A DNA stretch of 64,000 nucleotides, taken from Mobula hypostoma (Eukaryota). The notes under the pieces were generated by a model. That model did no database searches. It worked only from the letters and a program-made list of their open reading frames with translations, and had not been told where the DNA came from. A program made the translations under genes and the position numbers. The stretch spans positions 58,528,001 through 58,592,000 of the forward strand of contig NC_086097.1 of the NCBI RefSeq assembly GCF_963921235.1, read 5' to 3'. Shown here piece by piece: positions 26,749-39,261 of this stretch. The first letter of the stretch is position 1. The number at the start of each line of letters is the position of its first letter.

Positions 26749-27229
26749 CTGTGGCGAAGACGAAGGCCGGGACGCTGTGGAAGCGGACACGTCCGCTCTT
26801 GCCCTGGTCGTACTGAACGTAAGCTCGGACGAGGCCGCACGGACAGTGGATGTTGACTTGTGTTTCAGGGGAGTTGGGTTCGGCGATCAAGCCGTAATCC
26901 AGGGCGTAGCGGCCGAGAGCCAGGACGGCGTGCCCGCACATGGTGCTATAGCCCTGGTTGTGCATGAAGAGGACGCCGAGGTGGGCGTCGGGCTTCTCCG
27001 AGCCAACTAGCAGCGCGCCATACATGTCGCGGTGGCCCCGGGGCTCGAAGAGCAAGAGCCGCCTCAGCCCGTCCAGCTGGTCGCGCACGTAGCGCCGCTT
27101 GCTTAGGATGTCGTGGCCGAGGACGGGCGGGAAGCCCCCGGTGACGATGCGCAGTGGCTCGCCGCCCGTGTGCATATCCAGCACCGAGATCCCCGCACCC
27201 GCGCCCGTCGGCGCCCGGTCGAGCGCCAT
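26749..27229 (-). CDS. L3HYPDH: L3HYPDH (proline racemase family) coding exon 1
   Basis: MALDR...DMHTGGEPLRIV...EPRGHRDMYGA...YSTMCGHA (catalytic Cys98, 26938-26936)...SVPAFVFAT. GT donor at 26748-26747; 481 nt, phase 1. Confidence 0.95.
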
Positions 27230-27361
27230 TGATTCCCCGCACCCAGCTGACGACCGGAGGCAAAGGTTAGCCGGAAATGGGAGTCTGTGTTCCGGGTCGG
27301 GACCGCGGCCCGTTTCGAGTGGCGTTTTGGTTGGCAGTCGAGTGGTTTGCTGGGCTCCACC
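27230..27361. promoter_or_regulatory. Bidirectional CpG-island promoter shared by L3HYPDH and JKAMP
   Basis: 132 bp between divergent ATGs inside a CpG-rich island (about 26750-27440); opposed ETS-type cores CCGGAA (27271-27276) and TTCCGG (27290-27295). Confidence 0.8.
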
Positions 27362-27365
27362 ATGG
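27362..27365 (+). CDS. JKAMP: JKAMP coding exon 1 (ATGG only)
   Basis: ccaccATGG|gtaagc: strong Kozak context directly followed by a consensus donor. Phase 1 matches exon 2 (G+AT = Asp). Confidence 0.85.
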
Positions 27366-28047
27366 GTAAGCCCGCGATATACGGGTCGGCTCTGTTCTGT
27401 GGGACCGCCGGGCCCGATTATCCCGGCGGTGGTTGGTGCGTATGTAATGATGATTAGGCCATACTTGGAGTATTGCATTCAGTTGTGATCGCCCCCATTA
27501 TAGGAACGATGTGAAGACGGGTGAGGATGCAGGTTCTCTAGACCCGCTGTTTTAAAATTTATTTCCAGTTCCCTCCGATGGAAGTTGGGTGGGCGGTTAC
27601 GTTGATTGGGGCTGGAGTTAATGACTGAGCCTGCTGTTGGCAATTTTCTCAGGGAGGAAGGGAGGTAGAGATGGCAGGAAGCGACGAACGAGAGGGGGTA
27701 TTGGGTGATGGGTCTGGAGGAAGGCGAATGGCAGGTTTCTGGGAAACGGAAAAATAAGCGGCCGATTAAGGATTGTAGTGGTTTATTGTCCAGTGGTGAA
27801 GGCAGTAGACAGGATTTAAATAAGAGAAGGAAGGTATTGTTACATTTTGAATGTAGACCTGTTTCTGATATCAATCCAAATAGACTAACTAAAGATTTGT
27901 GTATTGTATTTAATACTTCAGTAATATTGTAAATATATTCTTCGATTAAGTATTCTTTGTTTACATAATACATTAAGGTTATTCGTAAGAGGTACGTTAT
28001 TAGCATATGTCGTTACACCACCACGTTATATATGAGCACATTGCTTA

Positions 28048-28605
28048 GAACATAGAAATCTACACATTACAGGCCCTTCGGCCCACAGTGTTGTACCTAC
28101 TCTAGAAACTGCCTAGAGTTTCCCTAGCATATAGCCCTCTATTTTTCTAAGCTCCAAGTACTTATCTAAGAGGCTCTTAAAAGACCCTATTGTATCCGCT
28201 TCCACCACCACCTCCGGCAGTGTATTCCACTCACCCACCACTCTCCGTGTGAAGAACTTACCCCTGACACCCCCCCCCCCGTACATATTTCCAAGCACCT
28301 TAAAACTATGCCTCCTCATGTTAGCCGATTCAGTCCTGGGATAGTGCCTCTGGTTATCCACCTGATCAATACCCCTCATCATTTTATACACCACTATCAG
28401 GTCACCTGTCATCCTCCATCTCTCCAAGGAGAAAAGGCCAAGTTCACTGAACCTATTCTCATAAGGTATGCCCTCCAATCCAGACAACATCTTTGTAAAT
28501 CTCCTCTGCATTCTCTTTATAATATCCACATCCTTCCTGTAGTGAGGTGACCAGAAATGAACACAGTACTCCAAGTGGGGTCTGACCAAGATCTTATATA
28601 GCTGG
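28048..28605 (-). mobile_element. CR1 LINE 3' fragment inside the Gypsy LTR
   Basis: ORF 28113-28589 VRPHLEYCVHFWSPHYRKD...; reverse ttctatgttct tail. Confidence 0.9.
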
Positions 28606-28649
28606 TTTTATATATATAAAAGGTGGGGGGGGGGAGCTAAGTAGACAAA

Positions 28650-28805
28650 TAACACACACAAAATGCTAGAGGAACTCAGCAGGCTAGGCAACATTGGGCC
28701 AAAATGTCGACTGTACTTTTTTCCATAGATGCTGCCTGGTCTGCTGAGTTCCTCCAGCACTTTGTGTGTGTTGCTTGGGTTTCCAGCATCTGCAGATTTT
28801 CTCTT
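28650..28805 (+). mobile_element. Fold-back Penelope end
   Basis: Inverted arms aacacacacaaaatgct.../...agcactttgtgtgtgtt plus tail; duplication ctaagt(a/g)gacaaa at 28637-28649 and 28806-28818. Confidence 0.75.
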
Positions 28806-30403
28806 CTAAGTGGACAAAATCCCGACTTGTGTTTTTCTTTCAATTAGTTTCTGGAGTTGCAAAACATAATAGTGGCAATGAGGAAGTTTTAAAATGAACC
28901 TGAGATGACTACCTACCCATTGAAACACAACACATTTTTCTTCAGAAGCGGAGAGAGAGATGTAAATAAAAGGCAGAAAATGGACAAAATTAACAAGCAG
29001 AGTATGGTCGTGGATTCATAAACAGTGAATACCAGGTGATAAGAATGAATAAATAAAACAGAAATTGGTGGCTATATTGGAAAGAGACACCTTTGATTGC
29101 ACAACAGATAATTGGGTGATGTATACTGAACAAATTGAGCAGTATTTTGAAGATATGAAATAGCAAAGAAAAACCAGTGCCAGTGTTGCAGAATGCAGTA
29201 GGTGGGAAAAGAATACTGCTAGCTTAGAAGTTTAACTGCTCCAACCAAACTGGCTGAAATGTGCTGAGCTGGCATAGTAAGCATAATGTAGGAACATTTA
29301 GAGCTTAAACCACTGTTGATTACGGAATGCTATAGGTTTCATGAACAAAATCAATAGGAAGGGGAGTCCATTTTGGCTTTCATGGTTGAATTGAATAAAT
29401 TGAGCATTATCAGTTCAATGACAGGCTTAATGAAGTACTGAGAGATTGTTTAGCTTGCGGAATCTTACGATAAAGCTTTCAAAAATGGCCCCTAAGTGAA
29501 GCACAGCTCACATTTAAAAGAGCAGTTGAAATCCTTGTATCAGTGGAACCTGGAGCTGGAGATGCAATTGAGTTGCAGTCAGGAATGAAAGTGAGCGTGA
29601 ACAAAATTTCAAAGTCTATAAAGAAAACTGCCTGACCAAACAAATTTTATTACATAGTGGCAGGGGCTCACATACACCACACCAATACAGGTTTAAAGTC
29701 AATAGTTGTAGAAAATGCAACAAAATACAACATATACAAAGAGCACGTCTGGCAGACAAAAATAAATGGACTGCAAAGGGTAGAGAAAAAGTTTAACAGT
29801 CAGGTTGCATTTTCAGAAGAGCATTAAGCTGCAAGTTGATGAAAAATCTGATAATGATGAGAGTGTCGCAGAACTTGGTAACCTCGAGATTTACAATGTG
29901 AAAACTAACAAGAGACAAGCAATATGGCTTATATTAGAAGTGGACTGCAAATTTATTAAAATATAATTGGACACTGATTTGGCTGATTCAGTCATTCCAC
30001 AAAATGAGTTTGAATGGCATTTCAAAAGTATTGAACTGAAGCCTGCAGATATCCAACTAAGAACTTAAACTGCAGAAAAGATGACTCCTATGGGAATGAC
30101 ATCTGTAACAGTGAAATAACAACAATCAACAAGCCACATTTTGCATGTAATAAAAATACGAAGGCCAGTATTGTGGGCACGTGAGTGACTGAGATAACTA
30201 TAACTTGATTAGAGATCCATCTATCATTTACATGCCACATCCTTTTCAATTTAATCAACTGAAAGCAAATTAAGGAGGTTGCTGGATGATATCACAGCAG
30301 AGTTCAAGGATGAGGTTTGAAAACTTAAACGTATTAAGGGTAAAATAGTGTTAAATGAAAATGGCCTACCCGAGTTTTACAAAGCCTATCCAGTTCCTTA
30401 TAC

Positions 30404-31589
30404 CAGCGGTCCCCAACCACCGGGCCGCAGAACATGCGCTACCGGGCCGCGAGGAAGCGATATGATTTGGTCAGCTGCACCTTTCCTCATTCCCTGTCAC
30501 GGCACTGATCAGCCATTACGCATGCGAGGTCATGACCCGCGCGTCATCCGTGTCAGGGCGGGAAGGCGATCAACTCCTCGAGCTTGCAAATGATGACGGG
30601 CTGAAAAGTATGTTTGACATAACATCTCTGTCGGCATTTTGAATCAAAGTCAAGGCTAAGTATCCTGAGATAGCCACGAAAGCACTGAAAACGTTGCTTT
30701 CATTTCCAACATTTTTCTGTGAAGTGGGGTTTTCTGCAATGAATGCAACGAAAACTAAATTGCGGAATAGACTAGACATCAGGAACCCCCTTCGAGTATC
30801 GCTGTCTCCCCTCACCCCTCGATAGGACCGTCTTGTTGCAGGGAAACAAGCCCAGGGCTCCCACTGATTCAGCGATATTGGTGTGTTGCAATGATTTTAT
30901 ATATTCATACGGGGAAAATATGTGCTGTGCGTTTAATATCCAAATATTACTTAAAATGTTACAATGCTATTGACTTATAAGTGACCTATATAACCATATA
31001 ACAATTACAGCACGGAAACAGGCTATCTCGGCACTTCTAGTCCATGCCGAACGCTACTCTCACCTAGTCCCACCGAACAACACTCAGCCCATAACCCTCC
31101 ATTCCTTTCCTGTCCATATACCTATCCAATTTTTCTTTAGATCATATCAAACCTGCTTCTGCCACTTCTACTGGAAGTTCGTTCAACACTTCAAGCTCCC
31201 CTGATAATAGACTTATCATGATATCCATGCGAGGAAAATATGCGCTGTGTGTTTATATTAAATTCGTTAGATAAACCCTTTTAGAAACAAATTTGATTGT
31301 ATTACCCACTTATCACCTATATTCTGGTAGTGATTAACACCCACCCCCACGAACAGAATTGCCAAAAAGGATTTGCTTGGTGGGGGGAGTGGAATCGGCA
31401 GGTCACGACGCGCATGGGCATTGGTGCCCGCGCAAGGCTTCATGGTTATTGTAGTCTTTTGGGTAAACAACGCATTTGACTGCTACTCTTGTTCGTTGGC
31501 AACCCTACCTCCCCCCTGTTCGGCCGGTCCGCAAGAATATTGTCAATATTAAACTGGTCCGCAGTGCAAAAAAGGGTTGTGGACCCCTG
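30404..31589 (+). mobile_element. Non-autonomous hAT (Buster/Charlie type) DNA transposon inside Gypsy pol
   Basis: TIRs cagcggtccccaacc / ggttgtggacccctg; perfect 8-bp TSD ccttatac (30396-30403, 31590-31597); transposase C-terminus YPEIATKALKTLL..CEVGFSAM..KTKLRNRLD..KQAQGSH; CR1 3' end inserted at about 30990-31190. Confidence 0.92.
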
Positions 31590-34117
31590 CCTTATACCAT
31601 CCGCAAAAAAGTAGCCAGAGAGCTAGATTGCATAGAGGCTAAGTGAATTCTTTCCAACGTTGAGTGGAGCCCATGGGCGGCACCAGTGGTTCCTATAGCC
31701 AAGAAGGATGGGTCTATCAGGATCTGGTGATTTTAAGGTCACTATCAACCCAGTACTGAAAGTAGATCAGCACTGTCTGCCGAGGATAGAGGATTTCTTT
31801 GCAAACCTTTCTGGAGAGAAACACTTAGCAAAGTGGACTCAGCTGAGATCTACCTACAGGTGGAGGCGGAACAAGAGTCCTAAGTGTTTCTCACCATAAA
31901 CACCCACAAAGGGCTGTATTGCGATAATAGGCTTATTTTTGGATTAGTATCTGCACCCGCACCCTGGCAGAGAGCTAAGGACCAGGTACTGCAAGGCTAT
32001 CCAGACACTCGGTGTTACGTAGGTGATGTCATTGTGACTGGTAAGAATGACATTTCAAGAGTGCTAAAAAGAGTAGAAAATTGTGGGTTCAGAGCACAGT
32101 GCAACAACTGTGAATTCTTTAAACCAATCATTACTAACGAGGATTACACAAGTGTGCTAAGAAAATTCAAGCAACGGCAGGTGCTGCAAGACCAAAGGAC
32201 ATGTCACATTTGTGGTCCTTTTTATGATTTATCAATTACTATAACAGGTTCCTGGAAACTTGGCTGCTGTGCTCTGCCCCTTTAACTCATTACAGATCGG
32301 TAAGAAATGGCAATGGACAAAGCAGTGTGAGGTTGCTTTCCAAAAGGCAAAGGAGATGGTGATGGCAGACACTGCACTCACACGTTATGATCCACATCCT
32401 CCTGTGAAGCTTGCTGGTAATGCCTCGCCTTGTTGTCATGTCACATGTTATGAGCCATGAAAGTGAACACTCCATAACATTTGCATCATGTACCCATACT
32501 GCTGCAGAGAAAAATTACACATAGATTGACAGAGAGGTCTTGAGTCTGGTTTGGGATGTAAAACCTTTCAACGAGTACCTGTGTGGTAGAGAGTTTACCC
32601 TCATTATTCATCATCAACCCCTTCCATCCATTTTCAATCCATAGAAAAGTGTTCCATCAGTGACAAGAGGACATCAAATGATGGAAATGTTGATGGATTG
32701 CCCTATTTACCCTGAATTGGAAATAGCTGAAAAATTTACAAAACACGTCACTCCTCTTGAAGTATTCTTGCTAATGCAACTGGAAAGTCTCCTCGTTATG
32801 GCAGAGATGATCCAAAGGGAAACCAAAGAAGACCCCACACTGTCTCAGGTCTACAAGACAACTCAAAATAGCTGGAATATGTAGCAGAGATTCCAGTTCC
32901 CTCATTTTCACCAGCATTGGGATGAACCTGCCCTTGATGGGGGTTGCCTTATGTGGGGATTGTGAATTGTACCATCCAACCTGAGAGCTAAGGTGTTGGA
33001 GAAGCTACATGCTGGTCAGCTGGGCATGGTCAAAATGAAAACATTGGCTCAAAGTTTTGTCTGGTGGCCTGGGATAGATCAGATCGAGCAGCTTGCCATG
33101 CACTGATCAGGATGCCAACACATCCAGAAGGTGCCAAGAGCGGCTCCTTTCCATCCTTTGAATACTGGCAGAGTATTCAAGCGGAATTTCCCAGACCATT
33201 CGTGGACACAAATTTCGTGGTAGTAGAGGATGCAGCTACAAAGTGGCCGTAAGTGTTCCCAACAACCTCCACTACAACCTCACACACTGATGTGTTGAGA
33301 AGCCTTTTCTCAAGGACTGGTGTTCCAGAACACTTAGTCAGTGATAAGAGACCACAGTTAGTTGTGCATCAGTTTCAGTCATTCCTGAAAATTCATGGAG
33401 TAAGACAGGTTACATATGCACTGTACCACCTAGCTACAGATGGTTTGCTAGAAAGGTTTGTCCAGAGTTTAAGGAACACACTGAGAGCAATGCCAGCAGA
33501 ACACACTACACTGATTGAATCAGAAGCTCACAAATTTTTTCTTTGTATATCGCAATGCAGTACACTCCGCAACCAACAACTCACCAGCTATGCTGTTCCT
33601 GGGTCATCCCTTATGCTCACGCTTGGATCTCCTCAAATCCAATCTGAGAATGAGTACTCAGGACAAATAGCTGAGACAAATTGAGGGGTCCTCAAATGAG
33701 GTTTAATGCTTTACCCCTGGTCAAGCAGTCCTGGTGAGGGACTACACAGATGATCAAAAATGGGTACTTGGAAAGATTAAGGACAGACGTGGACCACTCT
33801 CCTGCACAGATGAGATTGTGTCTGATGTCATCTGGAGGCGACACATCGATCAGTTGGGCAGAGTCAAATGTTAGAGAAGAAAGCTGTCCAAAGCTGCAGA
33901 ACCACTTCCTGTAGTCTCAGACTCAGCTCCTACAATCACCATGAAGGAGGCCCCAGAACCTGAGATCGTTTCACAGCCACAAGTCTCTCCTACCAAGCAG
34001 AGAGACAACCAGCTCCCCCACCGACCCCCAGTCGGGAAAGATGTTTAAAATTTGATATGCTGTGATGTGTATAAATTAGTTGTATTATATAGTATACTAT
34101 GTGCTTGTGTGTGTATA

Positions 34118-35365
34118 CTGTTGTAGGAAAAAGTTTGCGAACCCTTTCCAATTACCTGGTTTTCTTCACTAATAACTAATAAAATGTGGTGGATCTTCAT
34201 CTAAGTCATAATAATAGAGAAATACAATCTGTCTAGACTAATAACACACAAACAATTGTACTTTTCATGTCTTTATTGAACACATTCTTTAATCATTCAC
34301 AGTCCAGGCTGGAAAAAGTATGTGAACTCTTGTATTTAAAAACTAGTTGAACCTCCTTTGGCAGCAATAACCTCTAGTAAACATTTCCTGTCGCTGCTGA
34401 TCAGACATGCACAATGGCAAGGATGAATATTAGACTAATCCTCCATACAAAACTCTTTCAGGTCATCAATATTTCTGGGATACCTTGCATGAGCAGCCCT
34501 CTTCAGGTCATGCCACAGTAACTCATTTGGGTTAATGTCTGGATTTTGGCTTGATCATTCCAAAGCTTGAATTTTCTTCTTTTTAAACCATACTGTTGTT
34601 GATTTACTCTTGTGTTTCGGGTCATTGTCTTGTTGCATCATCCAACTTCTATTAAGGTTCAGGTGACAGACCGCTACCCTGATAGTCTCCTATAAAATGT
34701 CTTGCTATCATTTTGAATTCATTGTTCCCTCAACGATTGCAAGTTGTCCAGGCCTCGAGGCAGCAAAGCAGCCCCAAACCATGATGCTCCTAAATTGGGA
34801 TGAGGTTGTAGTGTTGGTGTGCAGTGCCCCCTTACCTCCAAACGTAACGGTGTGCATTTCTGCTAAAAAAGTTCAACTTTTGTCTCATCTGTTCACAGAA
34901 CATTGTCCCAGAAGGGTTGAGGAACATCCAGGTGGTCTTCTGCAAACTTGAGACGTGCAACAATTTTTTTTGGAGAGCAGTTGTTTCCTTCCATAAACAA
35001 CATTCTTAAGTGTCTTTCTTATAGTGGACACATGAACAGAAACTTTAGAAAGTTCTAGAGATTTCTACAGGTCTTTTGCTATTACCCTTGGTTTTCTCAC
35101 CTCCTTCAGCATTGCATGTTGTGCTCTTGGTGTGATCTTTGCAGGACATGCACTCCTCGGGAGAATAGCAACAGTACTGAATTTCCTTCATTTGTGGACA
35201 ATTTCTCTTAATGTGGACTGATGAACATTCAGGTCTTTAGAAATGCTCTTATAGCCTTTTGCAGCTTCATGCATCTCTACAATTCTTCTTCTAAGATCCT
35301 CAAAGTTGTTTTGATCGAGTTATGGTGCATGTAAACAGATCTTCCTTGAGAAGAGCAGGCTGTGT
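34118..35365 (-). mobile_element. Decayed Tc1 transposon (one end missing)
   Basis: TIR-like ctgttgtaggaaaaagtttgcgaaccc after TA; transposase remnants TDETK, MMQQDNDPKH, SQNPDINPNE. A short copy of the same end is at about 45750-45810. Confidence 0.85.
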
Positions 35366-36135
35366 AACTGGATTTTGTTTAAGAGATGGGGTAGTCTTAG
35401 TATTTTGTAAAGATATAATCAATATGAAAATAGTTTTGGGGTTAAAAGCCATGTGAGGAAGGAAAGTAATACTAAGGAATTATATTGAACAACAGTGGCT
35501 TTGGGGAGTAATCCCTGGAGTGCCTCTAGATACGAAGTTAAAAATAATTTAGTTGTGGGAAAAGTTGTAGATGCTAAATGTTTGAAAGGGTTTTGTGGTG
35601 GAGTTAGAACAGATAGCTCAATCAGTTTTGATTAAATTTGATGGAAATAAGTTGCCAGATAGGGTTAATTTAGGTTATATGAATTATATGGTTTCAGTCT
35701 GTGTGCCACCCCCCCCCCCGAGATGTTTTTAATACCGGAGGGTTTGGTCATGTGTGCAAGGATAAAAAGCAGGTATGGTAGATGTGGTGGAGAACATGTG
35801 GCAATTGTGGCAGAAGCATTAGGGTAAATTGAAGCATGTGGGTTAGTTTATGCAGGGTGTCCTATATATAAGAAAGCTGTGGAAGTGCAGCATGTTCAGG
35901 TGGAAATGGGCAACCTATATCAGAAACTCTACAAAACAGTGTCTGTGGGACCTATTAATACCCAGGATACTGATAGTACTGTATGTAAAGTGCCTGATTG
36001 TAAAAGGATTTGCTGATTATTGATAAACCAAAGTTTGTCAGTTTCATGGCAGATGTGGTAAATTGTACAGCACAAACTAAAAGTAGGGCAGAAAAAAATA
36101 ATATTATATTAAAAGCTGCAGAAAAACATCTAAAG

Positions 36136-36215
36136 CAGGATTTCCCAACCTGGGGTCCACAGACACTCGGTTAATGGTAAGGCTCCATGGCGTAAAAAAA
36201 AGTTGGGAATCCCTG
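36136..36215. mobile_element. 80-bp hAT-type MITE
   Basis: TIRs caggatttcccaac / gttgggaatccctg; 8-bp flanks atctaaag / atttagag (6/8 match). Confidence 0.7.
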
Positions 36216-36981
36216 ATTTAGAGATAGAAGACTTAACTCTGCAAGTTATTAGTGATGCCTTATAAGGAGGATTTTATAACGTTCAGACTTCAAAGGTTTC
36301 TTAATGGTTTTTTTTAAATCTTACAATGGAATGCTTGAAGCCTGTAGCTAATGGTCAAGAATTTAAGAAATTTATTGATGATTTACCAAATAAACTTCAT
36401 GTTATATGTGTACAGGAAACCTGGTTGAGATCTTGTCTAAGTTTTAAGATACATGGTTATGGGTAATGGAGGAAGAGTGGCAACCTTTGTCAAAAATGGG
36501 ATAGCGCATAGAGTTATGGAGATTGTGGTTGTTTATGAGTCAATTGTAGTTGAAATTTGGGGGAAAATAGTAAAGAACAGATTTTTTATAACCCTTGGGA
36601 AAGGTATAACACCTGATAAATTGGAAAGAATGGGTGGAAATGGCAAAAATAAGGTTATGTGGTGTGGGGATTTTAATGCTCATAGTGCTATGTGGGGTTG
36701 TAGTGACACAAATATGGTGGTGGAAGACTTTTTGAAAGAAAAGTGATGTGTTTAAATGATGGTAGGAGTACAAGGATAAATCTATTTAAGACTTTCTGCT
36801 TTTGATCTTATACTGGTATCTGAGGATATTGCAAGTGTGCGTAACAGGGAAGTGTATACTGATACAACAGTGAGGAGTGATCATTTCCCCATTTACAATG
36901 GAAATAGATGTGTATCAGAAGAAAGGTTCTCGTATCCCCAGGCAGAATTTTAAAAATAGAAATTATGATGTATTCGATAAA

Positions 36982-38714
36982 CACTGGACAGCAATTTTTT
37001 TAAAAAAGTGTTGCTCCTTCAGAATCTTTTTATTGTTATGATGGAACGCTTGCAGCTGAACACGAATATAATTTCAGACTACTTGTATCATGTAAAAATT
37101 TGAATAAACAAGAAATTAACTTCTTTTGAATATCATATTTTGACTTGCATCGCAGTGTTGATGCTTTGCGATAGTTCAACTAAGCGAAGCATGATCTATT
37201 GATAATTTTTGTTTGTACTCAGTGTCTGAGGTTTCTCATTTAAGTGGCCAATAATAATCAGCCAGCATTGATAGATTCCAGTTGCCCTGATACCATTTCT
37301 CTATGACCGTAATGTCCTGGTGAAACCTTTCACCGTGCTCATCACTGACAGTGCCAAGATTTAAGGGAAGAAGTCTAAATGGGAATGCAGAAAATGAATC
37401 TTTAGGGTCATATTGCACTCCATGGTTTTGTATGCTTGAAGCATGTTGTCAATCAGCTGCACATAGTTTGGTGCTCTGTAGTTGCCAAAAAAAAATTTCA
37501 GTAATGTCCTTGAATGTCTTCCATGCGATATTCGCCAGTCCCACCAGAAGTTCTTTGAATTGCCTGTCATTGATGACCTGTTGATTTGTGCACCAACAAA
37601 AATGCCCTCTTTAATCTTAGCATCAGTTATTCTGGGAAACATCTGTCTCAAATATCGAAATCCTTCATGAAAATGTTTGTACCTGGTGATAGCAGATTCC
37701 ATCCTTGCAGTTTTGAACCTAGTAATTGTGCTTTTGCCTTTGACAAACCCAAGTCTCTGACCAGGTCATGTAAATCAGATTGAGTTATCAGATGAGGCTC
37801 AGTGGACATAAAGGGTTCAAAATCTGTATCAGTATCAGTATCGTTTTCCATTCCTGGCTCATGCATCGTGACATCTTCGTCTGCCTCCTCTAGACTCCAT
37901 GTCTCTGGTGTCTGCAGTACTGGAAGATTGTCATCATGCGGCACACGTCTCGTGGCTTAAGGGGCATTGGGGTATTCAATGGACTTTTTTTTTAGCAGAG
38001 AAACCAGACACATTGGTCAGACAGAAGTAGTAGTCTGTCACATGATCCTTCTGTTCTCGCTATATCATCAGGACAGCAAATGGGATTGACTTCTAAGTCA
38101 AGCTCTAGGATCAACAGCCCATGTTGTGCAACAAATGTGAGGAGCCTAGGCTCTGTCTTGGTTGCCAATTTTTCACTCAAAGTAGAGCTCATAGACTTTC
38201 TTAATAAGAGGAGTCATAAGAGGAGATTTAAGTGTATACTTGCCACAAATATAACAAAAAGTATTGTGGCTGTTGCAACATTGGTGAGACATTTTGCTAT
38301 CATAAAAACTCCTTAAAATATAATTTCTTCATTATAATGAGTACAATATGCTATGTGCAGAGCATGCTCTTCATCTATGTGATTGCAAACTGATATATGT
38401 GTAAACATAATGCATAGAACAGTGTGTGTGTGATGCTTTTATAGACTTTCTAAAACCTGCCCTGCCATGCAGCATCCACCCTGCTAAAGTATGTCCAAGC
38501 ATGCCTGGACAAGATAGAAAACTTTGCAGCTTACGTTGTGGGCAACATTTTAATTGACTTGAATTATGAATTGAAATAACAAATGCAGATGATTTTCTTT
38601 TTTTAAAATGGTGCGTGATAGGGAAATTTCATGGTGATTTTCATGATCAGTAGCCCAAAACCCATTAAGATACACTCAAAAGTATTCAGGAAGCAAATTT
38701 TTTATTGTCCAGTG
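36982..38714 (-). mobile_element. Chapaev3-type DNA transposon, internally deleted and frameshifted
   Basis: Termini cactggacagcaa / ttattgtccagtg followed by TAA; transposase motifs FCYICG, REQKDHVTDYYFCLT, LHDLVRDLGLSKAKAQLLGSKL, AKIKEGIFVG, KIHFLHSHLDFFP, VSDEHGERFHQDI. Confidence 0.8.
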
Positions 38715-39261
38715 TAATTAATGTGAAAGAAGATTTCCTGACCATTTGGTTTTCGAGGATGTCAAGTTGAGTAATAATATCTTGTACTTTGTATTCAATT
38801 TGGTAGCAAAGGAATCAATCCCAGATCATTAGGGTATAATGAAAGGAAAACTGTTCCTTGGTGAATGGATGAATGTAAAAGAGCTGTGTAGGGGTGGAAT
38901 AAAACTTTTAAGAAAGTTAGGCAGTGTTACTCCTATTCATCTTTCATAAAACATAAAAGAACTTGAGCTATAGATAGAAAAGTTGTGAGAAGGCTGAAAA
39001 AAATGTATAGAAGACCATACAATTCAGGTTGAGGAAGTGTGGGATGATACAGAAAATGGGGGATTTAGAAAACCTAATGCATTACTGGCTTTGTATGGTG
39101 GGGAGAAGATTGCAGTTACTAACTGAAAAAGCAGAATTATTAGTAAAACATATGTCAGGGTACACAATTTGGCCAATTTAAGTAAAGAAGAGAGATTTTA
39201 TAGAGAAACAGTTTTGCAAGCAATCCTCAGACTGCTGAGAAAACAAAATGTTCCAGTTCCT

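Larger units (their letters stand above)
27901..34117 (+). mobile_element. Decayed Gypsy/Ty3 LTR retrotransposon in JKAMP intron 1
   Basis: Putative LTR to about 28871 then a PBS-like tggcaatgagg; gag (FDCTTDNWVMYTEQIEQYF) and zinc-knuckle remnant; protease (LDT); RT (SPWAAPVVP, GDFKVTINP, RLIFGLVSAPA); RNase H; integrase (LHAG, WWPGID, GVPEHLVSD, NG-type LLERFVQ). Order PR-RT-RH-IN; many stops; outer boundaries approximate. Confidence 0.85.

Noticed and set aside
27230-27478. 83-aa in-frame N-terminal extension of L3HYPDH in ORF 26738-27478
   Set aside because: Its ATG lies in a CR1 remnant (about 27445-27545) beyond JKAMP exon 1, there is no family similarity, and open frames are expected in a CpG island.
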